Source: an uncultured Chloroflexia bacterium
GTDB taxonomy: Bacteria; Chloroflexota; Anaerolineae; JAAYZQ01
Length of the DNA stretch: 64,000 nucleotides
Direction of reading: 5' to 3'
Assembly (NCBI GenBank): GCA_963700285.1
Contig: CAVOXA010000010.1
Span: forward strand, 1,952,001 to 2,016,000
This document shows, piece after piece, positions 8,242-18,273 of this stretch; within the stretch, counting starts at the first letter, position 1, and the number at the start of each line of letters is the position of its first letter. The position numbers and the translations under genes are program-made. The notes under the pieces were generated by a model. That model had not been told where the DNA came from. It did not search any database and saw only the letters and a list, made by a program, of their open reading frames with translations.

Positions 8242-11010
8242 GTGTCCATCTCATTTACTCTGAACAAGATGCTGGTCACGGTCAAAGCCGGGCCAGTCAT
8301 GCCGCTGCTGGACGTACTACGGGACGAACTGGGTTTGACCGGAACGAAGCAGGGATGCGACCACGAGGGCGAGTGCGGCGCCTGCACTGTGCTATTGGAT
8401 GGTTGGCCGATACGCTCCTGCCTGACACCAGTAGGCAAGGTTTCCGGCCGGCGAGTGGATACGGTCGAGGGCCTGGGTACCCCCGAGCACCTACATCCCC
8501 TGCAGGCGGCGTTCATCGACGTGGGTGCGGTGCAGTGCGGCTACTGCACACCCGGGATGCTGATGGCGGCCAAGGGGCTGCTCGACCGCTACCCAGACCC
8601 AAGCCCCGAACAGGTCCGAGATGCGCTGGAGGGCAACCTCTGTCGCTGCACCGGCTACAAGCGCATCGTGATGGCCGTCGAGATTGCCGCTGCGCGGCTG
8701 CGCGGCGAGGAAGTTGACTTTTCTCCAGTACAGGGGCCGGCGATGGGCGGCGATCACCGGCGCAGGGACGCTGTCGACAAGGTGACCGGCCAGAGACCTG
8801 AGCCCCTGGAACCCGGCTACGTTGAGGACATGGTGATGCCCGGAATGTTGTACGCCAGGGTTGTGCGCAGTCCGCACCCCCATGCCCGTCTTGTTTCCCT
8901 CGATGCTGAGCAAGCCCTCCGGTCCCCGGGTGTGATACGGGTCCTCACCGCAAAAGACATCCCAGGCGAAAACGGACTGGGTTCCTACAGCTCCAACGAA
9001 CCGATCCTGACGCCTGTGGGTATGACGGCCAAGATGGCCGGCGCGCCCGTCGCCCTGGTCATAGCCTCCACCCCGGAGCAGGCTGAAGCAGGATCGGAAG
9101 CGGTGGAGATAGCGTATCAGATCCTGCCTCACACCTTTGAGGCAGAGGATGCCCTCGCCGACGATGCGTTCCGGATCTACCCCAAAGGCAATGTATTGAC
9201 GTCTTTTGAGGTAAAGCACGGTGACCTGGACCGTGCCTTCTCGGAATCGGACACGATCCTGGAGACGCGGTACCGGACCGCGTACCTGGAGCACAGTGCA
9301 CTGGAGCGTGAGGCAACGCTGGGCTACATCGACGAGCGGGGGCGGGTCACTGTTGTCGGTGCTACCCACGAGCCGCATTGGCACCAGGGCTACATCGCGT
9401 CGACGCTGGCGCTCGATCCCGAGGAGGTACGGTTTGTTACGCCGCCCATCGGCGGCTCTTTTGGGGGGAAGCAAGACCCCTGGCCCGCCGTAGCCGTGGG
9501 GCTGGCGGTCTATCACCTGCGCCAGCCGGTGCGCCTGGCCTACTCGCGACAGGAATCATTTGAAGCCTCACCCAAGCGGCACCCCTACCGGGTGGATTAT
9601 CGTATCGGCGCCCAGCAGGACGGGCACTTGACCGGCATCCAGGTCCGTATCGAGGCCAACACCGGTGGCTACGATGCCCATGGCCAGTATATCCCCGATT
9701 ACGCCGTCACGGCCAGCGGCGGTCCCTATCGCTGGCAAGCCGTCGATGCCCGCGCGCAAAGCGTATACACCAATGGCCCCAAGAGCGGCCAATTCCGCGG
9801 ATTCGGCAATTCGCAATCGGCTTTCGCCCTGGAATGTACCCTGGACGAACTGGCCCAGCGATTGGGGCTCGACCCCCTGGAGTTCCGGCTGAGGAACGCC
9901 CTCGAGGATGGCTCGATCTCCTTCCTTGGCTACCCCGTCGCAGAGTCGATGGGTTATGCCGAGGTATTGGCGACTATCCGGCCGCACTATCTGACATTGC
10001 TAGAAGGGGCAGCCAAGTTCAACGGTGATGGCGTGCTGCGCAAGGGTGTGGGCTTTGCCGGGATGTGGTACCGGTTCGGCAAGTCTGGCTCGCTGCGCGT
10101 CGAGGCCCACGCCGAGCTGGCGCCTGACGGGCACTTTGTGATTTATGCCTCTGCGCCCGACTATGGGCAGGGTACCAATACCATGTTGAGCCAGCTTGCG
10201 GCCGAGATGCTCAAGACATCCCGGGACCAAATCGAGCTGATCAACGCCGACACGGCCCTGACGCCCGACAGCGGCATCCAGGGTGCTTCCCGTTCGACCT
10301 ATTTTGTCGGCGGCGCAGTCCGCCAGGTTGCCTACAATCTCAGACTGGCCATTGACCACACCGCCGCAGAGATTTTGGACTGTCCCCCCACAGATATCGC
10401 TGTTGAAGGCGAAAACGTGGTCTGCACCAGTGCCCCTTCCAGGGTTGTCTCGCTGGCATCGGTGGCCGCCGAATTCGACCGCATGGGTATGTCCCGAAGG
10501 ATCCAGGGTTTCTTTGACCTCAGCCCCCAATTCCCCGACGAGACCAGACCCGAATATGTCCCTCTATTCTGTACCGCCGCTCAGGCGGCCGAGGTCATCG
10601 TCGACCTCCGCACGGGCTCCGTGGAAGTCACCCGCGTAATAGTAGTTCAAGACGCCGGACGAGTCGTCAATCCGGTGGATGCCAGGGGGCAACTGGAGGG
10701 TGCGGTGCTGATGGGGCTGGGCGCTGCCCTGATGGAGGAATTCATCCCCGGGGTCACCAGCGGCTTTGGCGATTATTATCTGCCCACCATCAAGTCGATG
10801 CCCGAAATTGAGACGATATTTGTCGAGGTACCCAGCCGCCACGGCCCCCTGGGTGTAAAGGGGTTGGCCGAAGCGGCCATGCTTCCCTCAACACCGGCCA
10901 TCATCAACGCTGTGTCACGGGCCATCGGCGTGCGCCTGCGGCAGGTGCCTGCAACACCTGAAAGGGTACTGAAAGCGATCCAGCTCAAGCAGAGGGGGCA
11001 TGGGGAATAA
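8242..11010 (+). CDS. Xanthine dehydrogenase/aldehyde oxidoreductase-family Mo subunit with fused N-terminal 2x[2Fe-2S] domain
   Basis: 'GCDHEGECGACTV', 'QCGYCTPG', 'NLCRCTGY', 'GGSFGGK', 'FRGFG', 'KGLAEAA'. Confidence 0.92.
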   Translation: MSISFTLNKMLVTVKAGPVMPLLDVLRDELGLTGTKQGCDHEGECGACTVLLDGWPIRSCLTPVGKVSGRRVDTVEGLGTPEHLHPLQAAFIDVGAVQCGYCTPGMLMAAKGLLDRYPDPSPEQVRDALEGNLCRCTGYKRIVMAVEIAAARLRGEEVDFSPVQGPAMGGDHRRRDAVDKVTGQRPEPLEPGYVEDMVMPGMLYARVVRSPHPHARLVSLDAEQALRSPGVIRVLTAKDIPGENGLGSYSSNEPILTPVGMTAKMAGAPVALVIASTPEQAEAGSEAVEIAYQILPHTFEAEDALADDAFRIYPKGNVLTSFEVKHGDLDRAFSESDTILETRYRTAYLEHSALEREATLGYIDERGRVTVVGATHEPHWHQGYIASTLALDPEEVRFVTPPIGGSFGGKQDPWPAVAVGLAVYHLRQPVRLAYSRQESFEASPKRHPYRVDYRIGAQQDGHLTGIQVRIEANTGGYDAHGQYIPDYAVTASGGPYRWQAVDARAQSVYTNGPKSGQFRGFGNSQSAFALECTLDELAQRLGLDPLEFRLRNALEDGSISFLGYPVAESMGYAEVLATIRPHYLTLLEGAAKFNGDGVLRKGVGFAGMWYRFGKSGSLRVEAHAELAPDGHFVIYASAPDYGQGTNTMLSQLAAEMLKTSRDQIELINADTALTPDSGIQGASRSTYFVGGAVRQVAYNLRLAIDHTAAEILDCPPTDIAVEGENVVCTSAPSRVVSLASVAAEFDRMGMSRRIQGFFDLSPQFPDETRPEYVPLFCTAAQAAEVIVDLRTGSVEVTRVIVVQDAGRVVNPVDARGQLEGAVLMGLGAALMEEFIPGVTSGFGDYYLPTIKSMPEIETIFVEVPSRHGPLGVKGLAEAAMLPSTPAIINAVSRAIGVRLRQVPATPERVLKAIQLKQRGHGE

Positions 11011-11012
11011 TC

Positions 11013-11936
11013 ATGCGACAGGCTGAAATGGACACAGCCGGGCCACAGGCCGTCGAGTATGTGTTTCCTGCCTCCATTGAGGAGACAACCCAGATCCTGG
11101 AACGCCACGCCGGAGGTGCCCGCATCATCGCCGGCGGCACCGACGTGCTACCCGAGATCCGTGAGGGAAAACTGCAAGGCAAGCTCTGTCCCCGCTGCCT
11201 GGTAGATATCACGCGCATCCCTGAACTGGACCAGATCCGGATCACCCAGGATTTCGTAGAGGTCGGGGCCGCAGTAACCTTTGGCAATATCAGAGATTCC
11301 AGCTTTGTCAACAAATGGATCCACGCCCTGGCCGATGCCGCGCGGTGTGTAGGCGCCGAGGCCATCCAGAACGCGGCAACCTGGGTAGGCAATCTGGTAC
11401 AAGCCATGCCGGCCGCCGACGGGGCCATCATCGCTCTCGTGCTGGATGCCGAAGCGCGGATCGTGGATCGTAACGGGGAGGTGTGGCGGCCTGTCACGTC
11501 GCTGTTCCGCGGACCTGGGGCCTCTGTCGTGGATCCGACACGCCAGTTTGTGACGCACATACGTTTTCCTCGTCCCAACAGCCGCTGGGGGACGGCCTGG
11601 GGTCGTATTGGGCGCCGGCCGTCGCTGGTACTGCCGGTTCTGAACTGTGCCGTGAGACTGTGCCTGGACACCAAAGGGCAGCAGGTCGAGACGGTGAGGA
11701 TTGCACTAGGGCCAGTGGCTCCCTGCCCCTATCGGGCACGCGGGGCGGAGGCCTATCTCGAGGGGCAGCCACCTGTCGCAGCGAGCTTTGCCCAGGCAGC
11801 ACACCTGGTTCAGCAGGAGGCCAATCCACGGGACAGCATCACACGCGCGTCCCGCGACTACCGGCTGGCCGTCATCCCGCCTATGATTGAGGCTGCTCTG
11901 GAGACCGCGGCCCGGCGGGCTTTGGAATCCTGCTAA
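11013..11936 (+). CDS. XDH-family FAD-binding subunit
   Basis: 'IIAGGTDVL', 'IQNAATWVGN'; directly follows the Mo subunit. Confidence 0.9.
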   Translation: MRQAEMDTAGPQAVEYVFPASIEETTQILERHAGGARIIAGGTDVLPEIREGKLQGKLCPRCLVDITRIPELDQIRITQDFVEVGAAVTFGNIRDSSFVNKWIHALADAARCVGAEAIQNAATWVGNLVQAMPAADGAIIALVLDAEARIVDRNGEVWRPVTSLFRGPGASVVDPTRQFVTHIRFPRPNSRWGTAWGRIGRRPSLVLPVLNCAVRLCLDTKGQQVETVRIALGPVAPCPYRARGAEAYLEGQPPVAASFAQAAHLVQQEANPRDSITRASRDYRLAVIPPMIEAALETAARRALESC

Positions 11937-11999
11937 TCTTGCTAGAGTCCCGTGCTTTTCCCCGGTCAGGACTGATCCGCGACCGAGTCCACTCAGTGA

Positions 12000-14279
12000 T
12001 CAGTCGCTTTCCGCAGTGTTGGGTGCTTGGGCGAGCACAGGAGGGACTCGTCCGACCACGAAGGCCAGCCGTGTGTGCCAGGGAATGGTCTGGTTGGCCA
12101 GTTGGCCTTCAAAGACAGCCCGCACCAGGGCGAGCTCATCGCCCGTGATCCCATCACACCCAATAGGATGCAGCAGGTGTTGGGCGTAGGAAGGGCGCTC
12201 GCTCTGTGGTTCCGTCGCAAACCAGCGCTCCAAGGTGGCTTTGCTGACAATCATTTCTGCCTCTTGGACCTGTTCCTCAACGAGCACTTTTTCGAAACCA
12301 GCCGCCACCAACGCGCGCTGCAAATCTGTCACGTCCCAGCTCACAAGTGGGTCATCAAGGCTGGCATAGATCTGCTCCTCGGCCTCAATCACTCGCCGCT
12401 GGAGATCGTCGCCCAAGGGGGCAAGATCAACCAGATCGTATAGCCGCTGGGCATGTCTTACCACCGTCTCAGCTAGGCTGAGGCGTCCGCCTGGACGGAA
12501 CACTGGGACCAATAGACACAGCGCCGCGCACTTGTCCGGGATGTGGGCCAGGGTGTTGCGGCCCACGATGGCATCAAAGCGCAGTTCGGTCTCACCGCGC
12601 AGCGCCAACAGCTCGGGAAGCTCGTCGGGCGCACCTACGATGACCACGGGGCGCTCCAATTCCGGCAGCTGTTCAACCTGCTGGCGCAGGCCCTCACCAG
12701 CCTTCCGGTCCTGGGCAAGAACCCAGGTTCCACCCTCGGGCGTGCGCCGCAAGATCTCCCAGGTCAGCAGTCCAGAACCGGCATTGAGATCCAGCACGAC
12801 GTGGTGGCGCTGCACCTGAGCAGCATCCAAGATCCGGTCGCGCACCTGTCCCAATCGCTCCCCGGCGTTGCCGATGGTACGCTGCAGCCATCTATCGTGG
12901 GCTCGGTCCCCGACGGTATAGGTCAATACCTCGAGCTGGCTTTCCCCCTCGACCATAGCTGCCAGTTGGGCCTCGCGACGGCGGGCCACCTGGTCGCGGA
13001 TGCGCCGCTCGTAGCCCTGATCGCTCGGCTGATAAAAAGTCCGCCCCTGGAGGGCGTCGGGCAGGTACTGCTGGGCGATCCAGTGCTCGCGGAAAGCGTG
13101 GGGATAGAGGTAGCCTTGGCCATGACCAAAACCCTCCTTGTCGCGGCTGCCATCCTTGAGGTGGGTGGGCACCTCGCCCTCTCGCTCCTGCTCCACGAGG
13201 GTCAGGGCATCAAAGAAGGCCAGGGTAGAGTTGGACTTGGGGGCCGTGGCCAGGTAAAGGACCGCTTCGGCCAAGTGAAAGCGGCCTTCGGGCAGGCCTA
13301 CCCGATCAAAGGCATCGGCGCAGGCCATGACCACGTGGAGAGCGTTGGCGTCGGCCAAGCCTACGTCTTCGCCGGCAAAGATCAGCATCCGGCGAAAGAT
13401 AAAACGGGGATCCTCTCCAGCATAGACCATCTTGGCCAGCCAGTACAGTGCCGCATCGGGGTCGGAGCCGCGCAGCGACTTGATAAAAGCGCTGATGGTG
13501 TCATAGTGATAGTCGCCGTCCTTGTCATAGAGCACTGCCCGGCGCTGGATACTCTCCTCAGCCACGGCCATGTCCACAACAATGACACCACCCTCGTTGG
13601 GTGGGGTAGTTTCCAGGGCCAGTTCCAGGGCATTGAGCACACCTCGGGCATCGCCGTTGGCCACATCCACCAGGTGGCTCAGGGCCTCATCGTGGATATC
13701 CACTTCTAACTGCCCATAGCCCCGCTCGGGATCGGCCAGGGCGTTTCGGGCAATCGCGCGCAGGTCTCTGTCAGTCAGGGAACGGAACTGGAAGATGCGG
13801 CTGCGACTGACCAGGGGACGGTTGACGCTAAAATAGGGGTTCTCCGTCGTGGCCCCGATCAGGATAACCGTTCCGTTTTCCACCCAAGGCAGGAGAGCAT
13901 CCTGCTGAGCCTTGTTCCAGCGGTGTACCTCATCGACAAAGAGGATGGTGCGCTGGTTGTGCAGGGCGCGTCGTTCTTGAGCCTCTCTAGTCACCCGGCG
14001 GATGTCGGCCACGCCGGCCAGCACGGCGTTGAGGGTTTCAAAGTGACTGGCAGTGGTGTTTGCGATGACCGCAGCCAGGGTCGTCTTGCCAGTGCCAGGC
14101 GGCCCGTAAAAGATGACGGAGGAGAGCTGGTCGGCCTGGATAGCGCGGCGCAGGAGCCGCCCTGGACCGACGATGTGCTCCTGGCCAGCGAATTCGTCCA
14201 GGCTGCGGGGTCGCATCCTGGCAGCCAGTGGTGCCTCGCGCTCGATCTGTTCCCTGCGGGCGTGGTCAAATAGGTCCAT
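12000..14279 (-). CDS. rarA: Replication-associated recombination AAA+ ATPase RarA/MgsA with C-terminal methyltransferase-like domain
   Basis: 'PLAARMRPRSLDEF', Walker A 'GPPGTGKTT', 'FVDEVHR', 'ISAFIKSLRGSDPDAALYWLA'; tail 'VVLDLNAGSGLL'. Confidence 0.9.
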   Translation of the reverse strand: MDLFDHARREQIEREAPLAARMRPRSLDEFAGQEHIVGPGRLLRRAIQADQLSSVIFYGPPGTGKTTLAAVIANTTASHFETLNAVLAGVADIRRVTREAQERRALHNQRTILFVDEVHRWNKAQQDALLPWVENGTVILIGATTENPYFSVNRPLVSRSRIFQFRSLTDRDLRAIARNALADPERGYGQLEVDIHDEALSHLVDVANGDARGVLNALELALETTPPNEGGVIVVDMAVAEESIQRRAVLYDKDGDYHYDTISAFIKSLRGSDPDAALYWLAKMVYAGEDPRFIFRRMLIFAGEDVGLADANALHVVMACADAFDRVGLPEGRFHLAEAVLYLATAPKSNSTLAFFDALTLVEQEREGEVPTHLKDGSRDKEGFGHGQGYLYPHAFREHWIAQQYLPDALQGRTFYQPSDQGYERRIRDQVARRREAQLAAMVEGESQLEVLTYTVGDRAHDRWLQRTIGNAGERLGQVRDRILDAAQVQRHHVVLDLNAGSGLLTWEILRRTPEGGTWVLAQDRKAGEGLRQQVEQLPELERPVVIVGAPDELPELLALRGETELRFDAIVGRNTLAHIPDKCAALCLLVPVFRPGGRLSLAETVVRHAQRLYDLVDLAPLGDDLQRRVIEAEEQIYASLDDPLVSWDVTDLQRALVAAGFEKVLVEEQVQEAEMIVSKATLERWFATEPQSERPSYAQHLLHPIGCDGITGDELALVRAVFEGQLANQTIPWHTRLAFVVGRVPPVLAQAPNTAESD

Positions 14280-14719
14280 AGTTTCTCTCCACCCGCATTG
14301 TACCAGAGAGTGCGAGACTGGGCCAGTCCAACGGCACACTGAGCGAAGCTACCTTGGTATCATCACACGGACATCGTCAACTCTGTCATTCTGGGCAAAC
14401 CCACTGCACCTGGGCGCAACCTATCTGGCAATCGTGTGCCAGAGCAGTTGTGATTTCACTTCATCCCTTTCTCAAAAAAGAGCCGAGCTTCCAGGTCAGA
14501 TGGCGATGCGAAGCCATCGGTCTCTATTGGGAAACACGTGCAATCAGATTCTGTCACACCCTGGGGTAAGGGAAAGCAATCTCTGGTTGTCTAGAACAGA
14601 TGAAGGTAGCAGCTTTTCCGCCGAGGCTGGGGGTGAGTAGCCAGCCAAAGTGCGCCCTCTTACGGACAGTCAAGGCTGGATCTTGTATGATGGGTCTGCC
14701 ATGCCGCCTTGCGCGTTCC

Positions 14720-14803
14720 CCACGCCTGGACGTGGTGGACAGCACAGGTGGCAACACAGGTTTGATCGAATTTGCCGTCTTTGGTACGCCTTTCGAGAAC
14801 TAG
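14720..14803 (+). pseudogene. Possible C-terminal remnant of a discoidin-like beta-sandwich protein
   Basis: 'RLDVVDSTGGNTGLIEFAVFGTPFEN*' resembles the last strands of F5/8-type domains; no upstream coding context. Confidence 0.35.
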
Positions 14804-14906
14804 CCACGTCTGCAAGCAGCGGGCAGAGTGCAGAGTGCAAGATCCTTTCGTGGCGCGACTCTTTTCCGCACAGCCGCTGGTATGAATGAGGGAAAGAAGG
14901 AGACCT

Positions 14907-15596
14907 ATGAACCACTACCAAGTTCTATCCTGGGCAGCAGTAGCCAGTTTATTGCTGCTGGCCACTGCCTGTAGTCCGGCGTCTACTCCGGCGGACATCG
15001 GTGAGGTCGCTTCGATCGCTGCACCAACGGCTGGACCGCCTGCCACGGCGGCGGACACACCTACGAACCTTCCTCCCACCCTGCCGGCTGCCACGATGAC
15101 GGCCACTGCCACCAGCCAGCTACCAACCCAACCGCCTGCCGCCGTGGCGCCCACTGCCACCAGCCCGCCGCCGACCGAGATCCCGTCCACGCCAACCAAT
15201 GCGCCCTCGCCTTCACCATCGGCCGTGGGCCAAGCCAACGCTGACGTCTTGCACGTCAGGGCGTTGCAAGCTCGTGATGGCTCCTGGACGTTTTACGTGA
15301 CGGTCGAGCATCCCGACACTGGCTGGGAGGATTACGCTGATGGCTGGGATGTCGTCACCCCGGACGGGACGGTGCTCAAGCCTGACCCAGACAGCCCCTT
15401 CACCCGGCTCCTGCTCCACCCCCATGAGGCCGAGCAACCCTTTACCCGCAGCCAGAGTGGCATCGTCATTCCGGAGGGTGTCACCCAGGTACAGGTCCGC
15501 GCCCACGACCTCGCAGACGGCTTTGGTGGGCGCGAGGTGCTGGTGGATCTGACGGTCGTAGTGGGAGATGGCTTCGAGGTCGAGCGTAGTCCGTGA
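14907..15596 (+). CDS. Lipoprotein with Pro/Thr-rich linker and conserved C-terminal domain
   Basis: Lipobox 'LLLATAC', low-complexity P/T/A linker, domain 'VTVEHPDTGWEDYADGW..RLLLHPHEAEQPFTRS'. Confidence 0.8.
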   Translation: MNHYQVLSWAAVASLLLLATACSPASTPADIGEVASIAAPTAGPPATAADTPTNLPPTLPAATMTATATSQLPTQPPAAVAPTATSPPPTEIPSTPTNAPSPSPSAVGQANADVLHVRALQARDGSWTFYVTVEHPDTGWEDYADGWDVVTPDGTVLKPDPDSPFTRLLLHPHEAEQPFTRSQSGIVIPEGVTQVQVRAHDLADGFGGREVLVDLTVVVGDGFEVERSP

Positions 15597-15623
15597 TCCA
15601 AGATGAGACGTATTGCGTGGTAC

Positions 15624-15681
15624 GTGTTTCGTGATGCGCGGTACACGATGCAGCACTTTACGAATCGCGCACCACGAAACA
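15624..15681. terminator. Inverted repeat between convergent genes
   Basis: GTGTTTCGTGATGCGCG ... CGCGCACCACGAAACAC arms. Confidence 0.5.
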
Positions 15682-15682
15682 C

Positions 15683-16189
15683 CTACTCTGCGTGCCGGAC
15701 CAGCTCAGACAGGGACTTGCGTTCCTTGGCCCTGAGGCTGTCCGCCGGATAGCCCAGTGGCGTAAAGATGACCGGTTCAACGCCCTCCGATAGCTGCAGC
15801 ACCTCGCGCGCAGCCGCCGGGTCAAAGGCTGCGATCCAGCAGGTACCCAGGCCCAGATCCGTGGCGGCCAGGATCAAGTGATCCATGGCGATGGCAACAT
15901 CTACGTCCACGTAGGGCTTGCCATCCATACGCCTCCAGCCTCGATCCGGGATCCCACAGGCGCAGATGACCAGTGGCGCCTGGGTGAACCACCCCTGCGG
16001 GTAGATGCGCCCTAGCTCGGCCTCGCGACCTGCCGTAGGGATGACGATCAGTTGGAATGGCTGCCGGTTCGCGGCAGTAGGCGCCAGACGCGCCGCTTCA
16101 AGCGCCTGCTGTACTTTCTCCTCCTCCACCGGGTCGGGCTTGTAGGCCCGGACACTGTAGCGCTTTCGAATCAGTTCTGAAAACTCCAT
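15683..16189 (-). CDS. Nitroreductase-family protein
   Basis: 'RYSVRAY', 'APTAANRQP', 'LGLGTCWI'. Confidence 0.92.
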   Translation of the reverse strand: MEFSELIRKRYSVRAYKPDPVEEEKVQQALEAARLAPTAANRQPFQLIVIPTAGREAELGRIYPQGWFTQAPLVICACGIPDRGWRRMDGKPYVDVDVAIAMDHLILAATDLGLGTCWIAAFDPAAAREVLQLSEGVEPVIFTPLGYPADSLRAKERKSLSELVRHAE

Positions 16190-16286
16190 CGCTTGCCTCC
16201 TTGGATTGGCTTTAGGCTACCAACCAGCTTTGCTTCTCATCCAGCCCCGGCTCAACCTACGGCCAAGGGATGTTGCCTGTTTTCCG

Positions 16287-17453
16287 CTACTCTCCGACTC
16301 CCTGGCGCAAGAGGCGGAGCGCCGATTCGGCCAGAACGGCCGCCCCGACGGGCAGGCAGCGCTCGTCGATATCAAAGTACGGGCTGTGGGCTTTGCGCTC
16401 GTCTCCCTCCATGAGACAACCCAGCCGGAACATCGCGCCAGGTACCATAGCAACAAAGACGGCAAAGTCCTCAGCTCCCATCCCCGGTTCCCGGGGCTTG
16501 ACGTGTTCGGCACCCAGCAGGTCGACGCCAACCTCCCGGATCAGGTTGGCGATGCCAGCGTCGTTGATCACCGGTGGCGGGCCGTTCCGGAATCCAAGCT
16601 CAAAATCGCCGCCCAGCGTTCGTGCGATTTCCAGCGCCCGCTCGATTTCAGCGTGGAGCTGGCTCTGGACCTCTGGGTCCTGGTAGCGGATGGTACCCTT
16701 GATCTCGACGTCCTGCGGGATCACGTTGCCCGCCGTCCCTCCGTGGATGGCTCCCACGGTGATCACCGCCGGGTCGAAGGGGTTTATGCGGCGAGAGACG
16801 ATGCCGTGTAGAGCCAAGACCACGTGCGCGGCGATATGGATAGGATCCAGTCCCTTGTGGGGATAGGCGCCGTGGGCGCCCCGGCCGGTGATCGTGGCCC
16901 AGAATCCATCCACCCCGGCGGTAGCTGGTCCGGGGTCCACGGTGATTTCCCCCACTGGCGAACCTCCATGTACGTGGAGGGCTATCACCGCATCCACGCC
17001 CTCCATCGCGCCATCCTCCACCATCCGTGGCGCACCACTAAAGCCCTCTTCGTCCGACATCTCTTCCGAGGGTTGGAAGAGAAAGCGGATAGTGCCCGGG
17101 AATGTCTCTTGGGCCAGCAGCGTGGCCGCACCCAGAGCAACGGCCGTGTGGGCGTCGTGACCGCAGGCGTGCATCAGACCGGAAAGTTGCGAGGCGTAGG
17201 GGACGTCATTGGCCTCCTGGACCGGCAGGGCGTCCATGTCGGCGCGGATGGCAACGATGGGCTGACCCTGTCCCAGCTCACCCATCACGCCGGTCCGTCC
17301 CACACCGGTACGGACCTCATAGCCGAGTGATTCCAGGTTTTCCGCCACCAGCGCGGCGGTACGGGTCTCCCGGAAACCCAATTCGGGATGCATGTGGATC
17401 TCCCGGCGCCAGCCCGTCAACTGAGCCTGGATCTCCTGAGCGCGATCGAGCAT
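16287..17453 (-). CDS. M20D-family amidohydrolase
   Basis: 'HMHPELGF', 'RADMDALP', 'MHACGHDAH', 'FQPSEE', 'GAEDF'. Confidence 0.92.
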   Translation of the reverse strand: MLDRAQEIQAQLTGWRREIHMHPELGFRETRTAALVAENLESLGYEVRTGVGRTGVMGELGQGQPIVAIRADMDALPVQEANDVPYASQLSGLMHACGHDAHTAVALGAATLLAQETFPGTIRFLFQPSEEMSDEEGFSGAPRMVEDGAMEGVDAVIALHVHGGSPVGEITVDPGPATAGVDGFWATITGRGAHGAYPHKGLDPIHIAAHVVLALHGIVSRRINPFDPAVITVGAIHGGTAGNVIPQDVEIKGTIRYQDPEVQSQLHAEIERALEIARTLGGDFELGFRNGPPPVINDAGIANLIREVGVDLLGAEHVKPREPGMGAEDFAVFVAMVPGAMFRLGCLMEGDERKAHSPYFDIDERCLPVGAAVLAESALRLLRQGVGE

Positions 17454-17463
17454 TCTGTACCTC

Positions 17464-18258
17464 CTAATTTTGGGGTCCGGGCGAGCAGGCAAACCGCCTC
17501 ACCAGCGACTGAACCTCCTCATGGTTCCAGGGGAGGAATCCTCCGCTCCACTCTCGGAGCGCGTGGAAGGCAAGGACAGCCAGGGCACAGCCCGGTACCT
17601 CTGGTGGGAGCAATTCCTGCTCCTCGTGTAAACGTACAAAACGGGCATAGATCTCGTCCGGCATGCTCTCGGCGCCTTCGCGGCGGATGGTGGCCTGCAT
17701 GGCCGTATCTATTACCCCGGGGCGAAAGGCGATGGCCGTGATCTCGGGTTCTTCCGCAGCCAGGATGCGGGTGAAATGATTCAGGCCAGCCTTGGCGCTG
17801 CAATAGGGAGCCCAGCCAGGATATACATTGACTGCTGCCCCAGCGGAAACGTTGATGACGCGCCCCCTGCTCCGGCGCAGGTAGGGAAGCGCTGCCTGGG
17901 TGAGCATGAACGGGCCCAGCAGGTTCACCGCCCAACTCTCCTTCCACTGCTGGGGGTCCCCATCGGCGATGGGTGCGATGGGCGTTAGCACACCGGCATT
18001 GTTCACGACGGCGTCAATCTGGCCAAAAGCTTGGATGGTCTCAGCCACGAAGCGCTGGCAATTGGCCGCCTGGCTCACGTCGCCGGCCACGGCCAGGGCG
18101 CTCCCGCCTGCTGATTCGATCCCCCGAGCCACGGCCACCAGATCCTCCTCCGAACGCGCTGTCAGGACGACGTTGGATTCCATCTGGGCCGCGATGCGCG
18201 CCGTGGCCGCACCCAACCCGCGCGACGCTCCTGTGATCAATATTGTTTGCCTGGCCAT
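17464..18258 (-). CDS. Short-chain dehydrogenase/reductase
   Basis: 'TGASRGLG', 'NNAG', 'YCSAK'. Confidence 0.9.
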   Translation of the reverse strand: MARQTILITGASRGLGAATARIAAQMESNVVLTARSEEDLVAVARGIESAGGSALAVAGDVSQAANCQRFVAETIQAFGQIDAVVNNAGVLTPIAPIADGDPQQWKESWAVNLLGPFMLTQAALPYLRRSRGRVINVSAGAAVNVYPGWAPYCSAKAGLNHFTRILAAEEPEITAIAFRPGVIDTAMQATIRREGAESMPDEIYARFVRLHEEQELLPPEVPGCALAVLAFHALREWSGGFLPWNHEEVQSLVRRFACSPGPQN

Positions 18259-18273
18259 AACACACCTCCACGA

